64,000 nt of DNA, from the NCBI GenBank assembly GCA_965224025.1, contig OZ245033.1, forward strand, positions 2,048,001-2,112,000, given 5' to 3'. Below the pieces are notes generated by a model. It made no database searches. It saw only the letters and a program-made list of their open reading frames with translations, and had not been told where the DNA came from. How positions within the stretch are numbered: position 1 is the first letter of the stretch; every line of letters begins with the position of its first letter. The translations under genes were made by a program, and so were the position numbers. Positions 1 through 10,486 of this stretch are shown in pieces. This stretch comes from Candidatus Multivorans sp. Its GTDB lineage: Bacteria > Acidobacteriota > Thermoanaerobaculia > Multivoradales > Multivoraceae.

Positions 1-970
1 CGATCCAGCGGTCGATGTTCTCGATCATCGCCGCGTAGTTCTGGCGGATGCGGAGGTGGTGCTCAGGCGTGAACGGGGATGGCGGCGCGAGCATTTGTCC
101 AACGCGGGCGATGCCGTGGTAGTTGTGCGGTTGCGGGAAGTCCTCGATCACCCGGTCCGGCCCCCGGTACTCCCGCTCCATGCGCTCCGTGATGTCCATC
201 GGCGGGTGCGGCCCGTTGAAGTTCACGATCAGGAACCAGGGGTTACCGTCCGGGACGCCGTCGAGGAGTTCCATCCCGGTACGGGCCGTGTAGTTGTCCT
301 TGTAGGCATGGTCGCCGATCGGCGTCGGGTCCGTCATGCCCCACCAGTTGACGTGCCGGGGCAGCCGCCGCTTGCTGATGTCCGCGTTGTGGATGTCCTT
401 GAGCGGCGGGTCGAGCGAGTCGAGCCAGAACCCGTAGGGCTCCGTGTCTCCACCGTTCTTGCCGCCGGTGATCAGCATGTCGGAGAAGCCCCACTCCTCC
501 ATGTGCAGCTTGCCGTCGGGCCGCCGGCCGGCGGGACCCTTGTGCAGGTCGATCTTCCCGCAGGCCATCGTGTGGTAGCCGCTGTCGTGCAGGTGCTTGT
601 AGAAGGTCGGCCGAAGCGCCGCGTTGTACTCGTCGCGGTTCCGCGCCACGGTGCAGTTCTCGTACTCCATGCCGGACGCCAGACAGGACCGGGAGGGCCC
701 GCACACCGGCGATGACACGATCGCCCGGGTGAAGTCGGCGCCACGTGCCGCCAGGGCGTCGAGGTGCGGGGTGGGAACCGGAATGTCCGGGTTGCGCCCC
801 ACCCAATCGAACCGGTGCTGATCCGAGATGAGTAGCAGGATGTTCGGCCGCCTGATCGCGCGCGGCCCCGGAGTCTGCGCGTCGCCGCAGCCGGTGAGGG
901 CGGCCGCGGTTGCCGCGGCGCCTCCAGCCAGAACCTCGCGGCGGGAGAGAAGGGGTTTGCAACTGTTCAT
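1..970 (-). CDS. Tat-exported sulfatase (Cys-type), runs off window start
   Basis: Manual translation from ATG 970 gives MNSCKPLLSRREVLAGG (twin-Arg), RPNILLLISDQHR, CGPSRSCLASG (CxPxR) and GYHTMACGKIDL. Still in frame at base 1 (RQNYAAMIENID). Confidence 0.9.
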   Translation of the reverse strand, partial: MNSCKPLLSRREVLAGGAAATAAALTGCGDAQTPGPRAIRRPNILLLISDQHRFDWVGRNPDIPVPTPHLDALAARGADFTRAIVSSPVCGPSRSCLASGMEYENCTVARNRDEYNAALRPTFYKHLHDSGYHTMACGKIDLHKGPAGRRPDGKLHMEEWGFSDMLITGGKNGGDTEPYGFWLDSLDPPLKDIHNADISKRRLPRHVNWWGMTDPTPIGDHAYKDNYTARTGMELLDGVPDGNPWFLIVNFNGPHPPMDITERMEREYRGPDRVIEDFPQPHNYHGIARVGQMLAPPSPFTPEHHLRIRQNYAAMIENIDRWI

Positions 971-1087
971 GCCGACTCCTTGCCTTGGCAGCTACGGTCT
1001 GTCTATTCTTGTTGGAACTTCTTACAACGTTAGCAGACGGTAGTCGTGTCTCGTTGGAGTGCGACGCCGGCGCGGGAGGTAAGCGGC

Positions 1088-2557
1088 ATGAGCGACAAGA
1101 GCACCCGGCGCGACTTCCTGCGCCAGTCGACCCTGGTCGCCGGCAGCAGTCTGGCGGGGTTCGCCGCCTGTGCCGATCCGAACTCCCCGACGCCGGCCGA
1201 CGCCGCCGGACGCCGGCCGAACTTCCTGTTCTTCTTTCCCGATCAGCACCGGTACGACTGGATCGGTCTCGACGACTACGCAGTGCCGCTGTCGACGCCG
1301 AACATGGAGCGTCTCGCGCGGACCGGAGTGAACTTCACGTCCGCGGTGTGCGCGGCGCCGACTTGCGCTCCCTCGCGGTCGTGCCTCGCCTCAGGCATGG
1401 AATACGACCGCTGCGGCGTGCCCGACAACCAGTACGACTATCCGGTCGATCGGGCGACCTACTACGGTCTGCTCCGCGACAGCGGCTACCACACGATGGC
1501 CTGCGGCAAGCTCGATCTGTCGAAGGGGAGCAGCGACTGGGGGCTCGACGGAACGAACCGCGCGGACGCCTGGGGTTTCTCCGCGATGATCAACAACGCC
1601 GGCAAGGGCGCCGGCATGTCCTACCTGCGGGCGCCGGTCGGTCCCAGCGACCCGTACTACGCCTTCCTGGACGCCCTCGATCCGCCGCAGGGGCGGATCT
1701 GCGCCGAGGACATGGCTCGGCGCAACGCCAGCAGGCCGGACGGTTGGTGGGGAGATGCCAGCCCTTCACCGCTTGGTCCGGAGGCGTACTGCGACAACTG
1801 GCTCGCTCGGAACGGCCTCGACCTGCTCGAACAGGCGCCCGCGGACAAGCCGTGGCACCTGGTGGTGAACTTCGTGGGTCCACACCCGCCGATGGACATT
1901 ACGCGGGAGATGGAGCGCAAGGTGCGCGGTCCCGAGCGCGTCCTCGACGGACTCGGGCTGCCGCACCACTACACGGGCTCGTTTAGGGCCGAGCAGCACC
2001 TGGGCTCGCGGCAGAACTACGCCGCGATGATCGAGAACGTCGACATGTGGCTGGGCCGATACATCGATTGGCTGGAGGAGAAGGGGCAGCTCGAGAACAC
2101 GATCATCGTCTACTCCTCCGATCACGGCGAGATGCTCGGCGAGCATGGCCGCTGGGGCAAGGGGGTGCCGTACCGGGCATCCGTGGGCGTGCCGCTGCTC
2201 CTGGCGGGACCCGGAGTCCGGCAAGGCTTCCAGACCGGCGCGCCGGTCTCGATCATGGACCTCGCGGCGACCTTCCTCGACTACGGCGGCGTAGACGTCC
2301 CGGCGGAGATGGATAGCCGCTCGCTCCGGCCGTTGCTCGAAGGCGTGACCGACAACCACCGCGAGGTCGTGCTCTCCGGCCTGCGGGATTTCCGCATGGC
2401 TTGGGACGGCCGCTACAAGCTGGTCCGCGACTACGGCGACGAAGAGTGGCGGCTGTGGGACCTTCTGGCCGACCCCGAGGAGTCGCGGAACCTGGCTTCA
2501 TGGCAGCCGGACCAGGTACGGCGGCTGAGGGAGTGGTTGCCGCGGCGGCGGGCCTGA
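1088..2557 (+). CDS. Tat-exported sulfatase (Cys-type)
   Basis: TRRDFL signal, RPNFLFFFPDQHR, CAPSRSCLASG, YSSDHGEMLGEHG. GGAGG lies upstream of ATG 1088. Confidence 0.92.
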   Translation: MSDKSTRRDFLRQSTLVAGSSLAGFAACADPNSPTPADAAGRRPNFLFFFPDQHRYDWIGLDDYAVPLSTPNMERLARTGVNFTSAVCAAPTCAPSRSCLASGMEYDRCGVPDNQYDYPVDRATYYGLLRDSGYHTMACGKLDLSKGSSDWGLDGTNRADAWGFSAMINNAGKGAGMSYLRAPVGPSDPYYAFLDALDPPQGRICAEDMARRNASRPDGWWGDASPSPLGPEAYCDNWLARNGLDLLEQAPADKPWHLVVNFVGPHPPMDITREMERKVRGPERVLDGLGLPHHYTGSFRAEQHLGSRQNYAAMIENVDMWLGRYIDWLEEKGQLENTIIVYSSDHGEMLGEHGRWGKGVPYRASVGVPLLLAGPGVRQGFQTGAPVSIMDLAATFLDYGGVDVPAEMDSRSLRPLLEGVTDNHREVVLSGLRDFRMAWDGRYKLVRDYGDEEWRLWDLLADPEESRNLASWQPDQVRRLREWLPRRRA

Positions 2558-2739
2558 GTGTCCGAGACCTCGCTTCGATCCTGGCGGCCGATGCGATTGA
2601 CCGAACGCCGTCGACACGGCGGGCTGCTCCCTGGGGGAAGCGGTGGCTCAAGCCGAGGCGAGGGTCCGCGAGGCGCTTGGTCGGTGAGTTGAGTCGCGCA
2701 GGAACTGCGTGAAGTTCCCGGTTGCGCCTTACGCTTCCC

Positions 2740-2767
2740 GATGCGGGCAGGATGCCCGCGTTCCCAG
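2740..2767. repeat. REP-like palindrome (GCGGGC-AGGAT-GCCCGC-GTTCCCAG)
   Basis: Intergenic hairpin with the same flanks (GATGCGG...CGCG-NN-CCCAG) as the hairpins at 14065-14093 and 29109-29137, with a compensatory stem change. Confidence 0.65.
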
Positions 2768-2773
2768 GAGCGG

Positions 2774-3820
<1,047 letters not shown>

Positions 3821-3821
3821 T

Positions 3822-4943
3822 TCAGGAGACTCCCTCACTCTTCGACGATTTATGGGTGTTCGTAGCGCGCCTGCATCTCAATTCCGCCAAGGCTCGCCAA
3901 ATGTCCTTTGCGACCTCCTCGACCTCACGAGCCACACGCGGTACGTTTCCCAGTTCGATGTCCAGCGCGGTCTTGAATGGCAGCAGCAGATCGCAGGAGG
4001 AAGACCTCTCGATCAGCTCCAGCACGTGAGCGACACCCAGGTCGAGCGATGCGGTCATCAAGGCACTGAGAACCTCCTGTGGAAAGCGATCGAGGGTCGG
4101 AAGAACGTCGAGGGCTGTAGCGAGATCTTTGCTTGAAGCGGCAGGATCGGCCGATGCGCTCGCTTGGACACGAATCAAGAGAGCCCGACAGCGGATCTCC
4201 GGCGGCTGATCTCGACGGTCGCCGAGAACGTAACTAGCCGCCTTTGACGCCATTCCGTAGTTGTGGCTATCCAGTTCGAGTTGGGCTTGGGCCAGCTGTA
4301 CGTGAGCTTTCAACGTCTTGGCTGGTCCGGGGACATCTGTGCCTTTCAGGAGATTGTCGTAGACTCGTCTAGCAGCATCAGGTCTGCCGAGCGCCGTGAG
4401 GATAGTTCCCTTCAACAGGAAGGCCTTCGGTATGCCCTCATCCACTTCCGTCAGGTCACGGCCCCGGAGCCGCTTCTCGAGGGAGTCGAACTCCGCAAGG
4501 GAATCTTCCAGTCTTGAGGTGTTCGCGAAGAGCATGGCTCGCCAACTTATGGCCCTCATGACCAAGCCTTCCATCTCGGCGTCGGCCTCGCTTCCGAAGC
4601 GGCCAACGAGTGCGTTGCACTCCCTCAGCGCTTCCTCTATACGGTCCCGCGGTGGTGGAAGTCGAGCCCGTTCATCCGTCCATTCCGAGATGTCGATCGC
4701 GGCGAGCCGGCTCTTGTAGTCCTCGAGTTCCTGCCGCTGCGCTTCCATCGCCTCGGCGGTGTAGTCGGGCACGCCGTCGACGATCTCAGGCTCCTGGAAG
4801 ACGCGGAACTCCTCGAAGAGCTGGAGCAGGTCGGCGTGGGTGCCGGGCGCGGCCTCTTCGGCGGGTGGCGGCGCCGGGGCGCAGGCGATCGCCAGCGCGA
4901 GCAGGGCGATCAGTGGAGCAAGGCCGGACTTGAAGTGTCGCAT
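3822..4943 (-). CDS. Chimeric ORF: lipoprotein signal + DUF885-like N-terminus fused to TPR-like helical C-terminus
   Basis: LALAIAC lipobox and DGVPDYTAEAM..LAAIDISEW, then an abrupt switch near 4675 to AT-richer codons and TPR-like helices. Confidence 0.6.
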   Translation of the reverse strand: MRHFKSGLAPLIALLALAIACAPAPPPAEEAAPGTHADLLQLFEEFRVFQEPEIVDGVPDYTAEAMEAQRQELEDYKSRLAAIDISEWTDERARLPPPRDRIEEALRECNALVGRFGSEADAEMEGLVMRAISWRAMLFANTSRLEDSLAEFDSLEKRLRGRDLTEVDEGIPKAFLLKGTILTALGRPDAARRVYDNLLKGTDVPGPAKTLKAHVQLAQAQLELDSHNYGMASKAASYVLGDRRDQPPEIRCRALLIRVQASASADPAASSKDLATALDVLPTLDRFPQEVLSALMTASLDLGVAHVLELIERSSSCDLLLPFKTALDIELGNVPRVAREVEEVAKDIWRALAELRCRRATNTHKSSKSEGVS

Positions 4944-4959
4944 CGCAAGGCTCCTTCCA

Positions 4960-6546
4960 TCATTCGGGAATGTTGACCAGGGTGTAGTAGGCCTCCGAGT
5001 GGAGTAGGGCCTGGCCGTCGCCGCCGCGGACGCCGTTGAGGTGCAGTTCGTGGACGTAGCCGGCGCGGAGCGGCTCGACCGTCAGGCGGACGCTCATGGC
5101 GTCGTCGGCCACCCGCGCGGATCGGATGGCGACGCGCCGCTTGTCGTCCTCCGGTCCTCCGTAGCTCGAGCTGAGCCGGTAGGTGTAGCTCTGCATGCGG
5201 TAGGAGGCGGGGTTTCCCGCGCTCTCCGGATCCACCGCCTTGGTGAACGTCAGCTCGAAGCCGTCGGACTGAGCCCGCATCTCGTGGACCTCGAACGGCA
5301 CCGCCCCGGTCCAGACGATCCGCTGCAGACCGTGAGGCTCGGGCCCGACGCCGCCCCAGCCGCGGTCCGACATGCCGGCGAAGAGCGAACCGTCGTCGGC
5401 GAAGGCCAGACGGATCACGCCGCTATCGAGGCCGCGCCGGAAGTTGAAGGCGGCGCCCTGCCAGTGGCCGTCGACCTTCTCCAGGAAGACCCGCATGACC
5501 ATCGCGTGGTGCTGGTCGCCGACGAAGAGCTGGCCTTCGAAGGGCCCGAACTTGCCGCCCGTCGTGTCCCAGCGCAGACCGGACGGGGACTGCCCCATCT
5601 TCACGTAGGGGAACCAGACGGAGGGCATGCGGTAGTTCGGGATCAGTGCGTGCAGGTCCTTCATGTAGGTCCCGCCTTCGGGCTGGCCTTCCGGCGGCGG
5701 TTCGACCTGCGATTCGGGCCGGTGGCTGGACGCCATGCCGTGCGGATGGCCATGGAAGTCCCCGACCTCGATCAGGGAGAGCTTCGAGGCGTTGTTCCAC
5801 TCGCCCTGGTTGTCGGTGTAGAAGACCTCGCCCCAGGGGCTGACCTCGACGCCGGCGGGCGAGCGGAGGCCGGCGGCCACGAACTCGGTGTCGCCGGTCG
5901 CGGGATCGATGCGGGCCGCCCAGCCGCGCCAGGGAGCGAAGCCGTAGGGCTGGTCGCCGAAGGGAATGTTCAGGGTCACCCAGAGCTTGCCGTCCGGCGT
6001 CAGGCGGGGGCCGAAGACGTACTCGTGGTAGTCGCCGCTGGTCTCCCAGGCGTCCGTCACGGTTTCGAAGACGTCGGCGCGGTCGTCGCCGTCGGTGTCC
6101 CTGATCCGGGTCAGTTCCCCGCGCTGGGCGGTGTAGATCCAGCCATCGAGCTCAAGCAGGCCGAGCGGCTGCCCGAGGCCGAACGCGTACTGCTTGAAGA
6201 CCGGCGCCGGCGGATCGCTGAAGGCGTTCTCGACGATGAAGATCTCGCCCCGCCGGGTTCCGGCCATGATCCGGCCGTCCGAGAGCTGCAGCAGTCCGCC
6301 GACCTCCATCGACATCCCCTCCTGGAGGGGCATCGTGAGCAGCCGGTAGTAGAGCTCCTCCGCGGCAGCCTGCGCGCCGATGGCGTCCCGCTGGCGGGCG
6401 AGGAGCTCCTTCTGCGTCTCTTCCTGAAGGCCGTCGTCCAGGGGCTCCTGGGTGAGAAGGGGCAGGGGAAAGGAAACCAGCAGGGCGACCAGCACCGTGG
6501 CGGCGGCACGGCCGGGTTGCATCGTGTTTGCGCTCAGGAGGGCCAT
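4960..6546 (-). CDS. Secreted beta-propeller, glucose/sorbosone dehydrogenase-like (PVC-type large multifunctional protein)
   Basis: QRGELTRIRDTDGDDRAD, GDYHEYVFGP, GLRSPAG, YTDNQGEW, FGPFEGQLFVGD. The start may be GTG 6555 (coupled to the upstream stop) or ATG 6522. Confidence 0.75.
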   Translation of the reverse strand: MALLSANTMQPGRAAATVLVALLVSFPLPLLTQEPLDDGLQEETQKELLARQRDAIGAQAAAEELYYRLLTMPLQEGMSMEVGGLLQLSDGRIMAGTRRGEIFIVENAFSDPPAPVFKQYAFGLGQPLGLLELDGWIYTAQRGELTRIRDTDGDDRADVFETVTDAWETSGDYHEYVFGPRLTPDGKLWVTLNIPFGDQPYGFAPWRGWAARIDPATGDTEFVAAGLRSPAGVEVSPWGEVFYTDNQGEWNNASKLSLIEVGDFHGHPHGMASSHRPESQVEPPPEGQPEGGTYMKDLHALIPNYRMPSVWFPYVKMGQSPSGLRWDTTGGKFGPFEGQLFVGDQHHAMVMRVFLEKVDGHWQGAAFNFRRGLDSGVIRLAFADDGSLFAGMSDRGWGGVGPEPHGLQRIVWTGAVPFEVHEMRAQSDGFELTFTKAVDPESAGNPASYRMQSYTYRLSSSYGGPEDDKRRVAIRSARVADDAMSVRLTVEPLRAGYVHELHLNGVRGGDGQALLHSEAYYTLVNIPE

Positions 6547-6551
6547 GAGGA

Positions 6552-9476
6552 TCACCAGGACAGAGTCACGTCGAGCTGGAGCGTTTCGCCTGGTGCGAGG
6601 TCGATCCGCTGCAGGAGCTGGCGGACGCCCTGGGACTCCCGGACGAACGGCGCAAGTTCCGCTTCGGAGGCAATCGATACGTCGAGCTGGCCATCGACGC
6701 TCCATGAGCGCTCCGATGTCGAGGCGATCTCCTCGCCCTCGGCCAGCAGCAGATAGAGCGGACGGGGGTCCGGGCCGGCGGCAAGGCGGAAGCGGCGGAT
6801 CAGGTCCGTGCCGCCACCGCTGCGCAGCGGCGCCGGCGCCTCCTCGATCAGGAGGTCATGCAGGCGGTAGCGCAGCACCGGTTTGCCCTCGTCGTCGAGC
6901 CGGTAGCCGAGGAAGCGGCCGCCCACGTTCCGGTCGTTCCGCCCGGCGATGGGCCACGGGCTATCGATGTCGCTCAGGCTTGCTATGGCCGGGCCCGGTG
7001 GAAGATCCAGCACGTCCGTGCCGTAAGGGCCGAAGAACTGGCCCGCGCGGCCCTGCCAGGTGCCCCTGGCATTGAAGAAACCGCCGCGCCAGACCTTCGC
7101 CAGGCGGATGTTGTTCGCATCGAAGGCGACGTGGACGTTCTCCGGGTAGCCGATGGCAATCGACCGTGGGCCGACATCGATCATGAAGGTCCGGAACACG
7201 ATCGGCCGCTGGTCCGGGACCAGGACCATTTCGGAGCCGATGTTCGCGCCCTCGGGCGCGGGCATGGAAGTGCCGAGCGAGAGGGCGCTCCAGATCGCAT
7301 CGATCTGGCCATCCATCGAACCGCCTCCGAGATGCTGGAAGTTGACGACACCTTCGGGCCAGAACGAGGGCATGCGGGTTCCCGGGCGGATTGCGGCCGG
7401 ATCCCGCAGGAACCGCGCGACCCATCCGGGCCGCAACCGGTCGTAGACCGTGGCCAGGTCGATCGTCGAGACGCCCAGGGCGGGATGGACGTGTACGTTG
7501 TGGCACGTGATGCAGCTCATGCTGGCCTCGCCCAGCAGTTCGATCCCGTCGGAGGCCGCTTCGGTCGAGAACGCCGGCTGGAGCAGGTCGCCGGCGGTGG
7601 CGTCGACGGTCGTCAGGGCATCGGCGAGCTGTTTGATCGTTGCCCCGGCGAAGCTCGGCATCCTCACTTCCATGAAGTCGCGGCGAACGTGCAGTTCGTC
7701 GCTGCCCAGGATCGAGCGCAGCGCTTCCGGCTTCAGCTTGCCGCCGGCGCCGTCGAGAGGAGGCGGTAGCCGCCCCTCGTCGCCGAGGTCCTGGCCGCCG
7801 ACGACGGCGAAGTGGCTCGCGCGCACAGGAGCCGGGCCGCCCACCGCCACCGTACCGGCCTCTCGGCGATGGCAGCCATAGCAGTTGTAGCTCGCCATCG
7901 CGTGGACGATCCGGTCGGCCGGTGTCCGGGACGTAGCGAGATCTGGAAGAGCCTGGAGAGCCGCTCGAATCGCGCGCTTCTGCCGATCGGCGAGCCGGTA
8001 CCGCGGCGAGTAGACGCCGGTGTGCATGGCGGCGCCGCCTTCGACCGCCGCCGGATCGAGGTCGGTGAGCGCCGGTGGGGTCGTGACGTCCCGCCGGTCG
8101 GGTTGGATTCCCGCGTAGCCGTGGCATGAGGCACAGCCGTGGCGGACGAAGAGGCGGGCGCCCCAGCCGGCCTCCTCCGCTTCCACGGAGACCAGGGCGC
8201 CGCCGCCCGGCCGCAGCCGTACGTTCTCGTAGGTTGTGTAGTCCTCAAGCGCCGCGCCCTCGGGTAGGGCATCGCCGGCGAGGCCCACCGCAAGAAACGG
8301 TTCCTGCGTGTCGCCGCGAATGAAGTACGTCACCGTGACCGGATGGTCCCCGACCTCGAGTTGGAGTTCGGCGTCCGTTTCGCGAGCGCTGCCACCTGGC
8401 TTGGTGGCGACCAATTCGCCGTCGACCGCCAGCGAGGAGCCGGAGCGGCGGTCCGAGGCCAGGCTGAACGTGTAGCGCCCGGTCTCGGGCACGCTCATCA
8501 GGCCCGTGAATCGAAAGGCATGGTTGCCGTAGTTCATCTCGACCGGCAGGCGTAGTGACAGCCGGCCGATCCGGCCCTCGGCGGCCGGTTCGAGCGTGTC
8601 GAGGTCAAGAGGCGGTCGGTTGAAGAAGCCCGCGACGTCCTCGTCCTGCATCGGGTCGAGGTAGTACTCGAACTCGAAGCCGCCGCGACGCTCGACGACC
8701 AGCGGCTCCTGGTCCCTGAGCAGGTAGATCGCGAGATCCTCCGCCTCTCCTGGTGTCAGGTAGAGGGACGGCATGCGTCCGCTCGGCCGCACGGACCGGG
8801 GATCGAGGAGGAAGCGCGTCAGTGCCGCGACCGAGGTCTTCGCCGCCAGGTCGGGTAAGGGGACGGAGGGGATCGCCGGTTCGGCGCCGGATGCCTCGGG
8901 CGCGTGGCAGGCGACGCAGCCGATCGAGTGGAACAGCCCGCGTCCCCGATCCACGGTGGCCCGGAACCGGAACACCGGGAACTCCGCGGACACGTCGGCC
9001 GATCCCTGAGCCGAAACGGCCGGTTCCTCCTTCTCGAAGAACAGGTGGCGGGCAAGCAACCGTGCCGTCCGGTCGCGATCCGCGGCCTCGAGGGAGTGAA
9101 GAACCTCCGGCATTGCCGTGCCCGGCTTCTCGGTTGCCGGCGAGGCGAGATAGGCGGTGAGCCACTCAACAGTGACCCGCTCCTTGAGCGCCGCGAGGTC
9201 GGGCGCAGCGCGCGCGAGTAGCCGTCCGGACAGCTCCGGGGCCGATTCATGGCAGGACAGGCAGTTCAGCTCACCGAGCAGGACTTCGCCGAGCGCCGCG
9301 TCGCCGGCGGCCCCGGCCAGTCGAAGGTGCTCGTAGCCCGGTACGACCGGCGTCGCTACCGCCTGCGCCGCGGGCTGAGCCTGAGCCGCCACGCCCCACG
9401 CTACGGTTGCGGCTGTGCAGACGAGCCAGCCGGACCACTTCGGGTACGTCGCGCGGCGGCCGATCACAATGGCCAC
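6552..9476 (-). CDS. Multiheme c-type cytochrome with PA14-like domain (5 CxxCH)
   Basis: CLSCH, CVACH, CASCH, CYGCH and CITCH motifs, several followed by (R/A)MP ligand motifs. Central FRFTGLMSVPETGRYTFSLASD is PA14-like. Confidence 0.85.
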   Translation of the reverse strand: MAIVIGRRATYPKWSGWLVCTAATVAWGVAAQAQPAAQAVATPVVPGYEHLRLAGAAGDAALGEVLLGELNCLSCHESAPELSGRLLARAAPDLAALKERVTVEWLTAYLASPATEKPGTAMPEVLHSLEAADRDRTARLLARHLFFEKEEPAVSAQGSADVSAEFPVFRFRATVDRGRGLFHSIGCVACHAPEASGAEPAIPSVPLPDLAAKTSVAALTRFLLDPRSVRPSGRMPSLYLTPGEAEDLAIYLLRDQEPLVVERRGGFEFEYYLDPMQDEDVAGFFNRPPLDLDTLEPAAEGRIGRLSLRLPVEMNYGNHAFRFTGLMSVPETGRYTFSLASDRRSGSSLAVDGELVATKPGGSARETDAELQLEVGDHPVTVTYFIRGDTQEPFLAVGLAGDALPEGAALEDYTTYENVRLRPGGGALVSVEAEEAGWGARLFVRHGCASCHGYAGIQPDRRDVTTPPALTDLDPAAVEGGAAMHTGVYSPRYRLADRQKRAIRAALQALPDLATSRTPADRIVHAMASYNCYGCHRREAGTVAVGGPAPVRASHFAVVGGQDLGDEGRLPPPLDGAGGKLKPEALRSILGSDELHVRRDFMEVRMPSFAGATIKQLADALTTVDATAGDLLQPAFSTEAASDGIELLGEASMSCITCHNVHVHPALGVSTIDLATVYDRLRPGWVARFLRDPAAIRPGTRMPSFWPEGVVNFQHLGGGSMDGQIDAIWSALSLGTSMPAPEGANIGSEMVLVPDQRPIVFRTFMIDVGPRSIAIGYPENVHVAFDANNIRLAKVWRGGFFNARGTWQGRAGQFFGPYGTDVLDLPPGPAIASLSDIDSPWPIAGRNDRNVGGRFLGYRLDDEGKPVLRYRLHDLLIEEAPAPLRSGGGTDLIRRFRLAAGPDPRPLYLLLAEGEEIASTSERSWSVDGQLDVSIASEAELAPFVRESQGVRQLLQRIDLAPGETLQLDVTLSW

Positions 9477-10429
9477 TCAAGGTGTTCGGGGGTGACAACG
9501 GACGGCTCGTTCGGTCCGGGGAAGACAGCAGGCACGCCGATCGTCACTTCGCCGGTAGCGACGCACTCCGTACCCCGTGCAAGCACGGTCTGGAAACCGA
9601 CGCAGTGCAGGGAGGCGCCGGCGGGCTCGGACTCGTCGTTGTAGTGCCCCATCGGGATATGGAACACACGGCCTCGGCCGTAGGTGACGAGCATCAGCAT
9701 CGGCTCGGATTCACCCGTGACCAGGGAGTTGGCGTGCGCCAGGACCTCGACGTTTGCGGCCGGACCGCGGAGCGAGGCGTAGAGCTCGTCCGCCGCGTGC
9801 ATCCACTCGGTCGGCAGGCCGGCCAGAATGGGGTGGTCGGGCTGGTCGTGGATGACTTGGAACTCCCGGATGCGACCGTGCCGCCCGCTCGGCCCCTCGT
9901 CGGGTGAGGTCGCGGCCCAGGCGCCGTCGATCTTGCGCAGGATGGATCCCGAAACGCCGGCGCGGCGTCCGCCCCAACCGCCGACCGCGATCATCTCGTT
10001 GTACCCGACCCAGTCCGCGGCGTGATTGTCGGCGGCGTGGACGGAGACGAAGCCGCCGCCCTCACGAACGAACGCCTCGAAGTCGGCCCGCGCGTCGGCC
10101 GACCAGTACGGCTCGCAACCCCCGTCTTCCCGCTCGCAGTCGCTGTTGAAGTTGCTGACCACGACCGCGTAGTCGGAGAAGGCCGGTCGCCAGGCCTCCC
10201 ACTCCTCTCGCGTCGCACGCCGGTTGGGCGAGGTGCTGACTTCAACGGCGAAGCGGCCCGTTCGCTCGATCGTCGCCTTGACGGCGGCGGTGGTCCTCGC
10301 CCAGCCGTGGTTGTTCACGCCGTCGATGATCAGTACCGGGATTCTCGCGCTGATTCCGGCTGATTCCGGCTGCGGCGCCGTGCAGGCCCAGGCCAGACCG
10401 AGGATCGCGATGGAGCGAGAAAGGAACAT
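9464..10429 (-). CDS. ThuA-like domain lipoprotein
   Basis: Lipobox LAWAC, VLIIDGVNNHGW, GGGFVSVHAADN, DELYASLRGP, YGRGRVFH..MGH. Confidence 0.85.
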   Translation of the reverse strand: MFLSRSIAILGLAWACTAPQPESAGISARIPVLIIDGVNNHGWARTTAAVKATIERTGRFAVEVSTSPNRRATREEWEAWRPAFSDYAVVVSNFNSDCEREDGGCEPYWSADARADFEAFVREGGGFVSVHAADNHAADWVGYNEMIAVGGWGGRRAGVSGSILRKIDGAWAATSPDEGPSGRHGRIREFQVIHDQPDHPILAGLPTEWMHAADELYASLRGPAANVEVLAHANSLVTGESEPMLMLVTYGRGRVFHIPMGHYNDESEPAGASLHCVGFQTVLARGTECVATGEVTIGVPAVFPGPNEPSVVTPEHLEWPL

Positions 10430-10486
10430 TCGACCGACGAGGGATCACCATACAGGAGCAGATGCCGCGGCAACTAGGATCGGACA

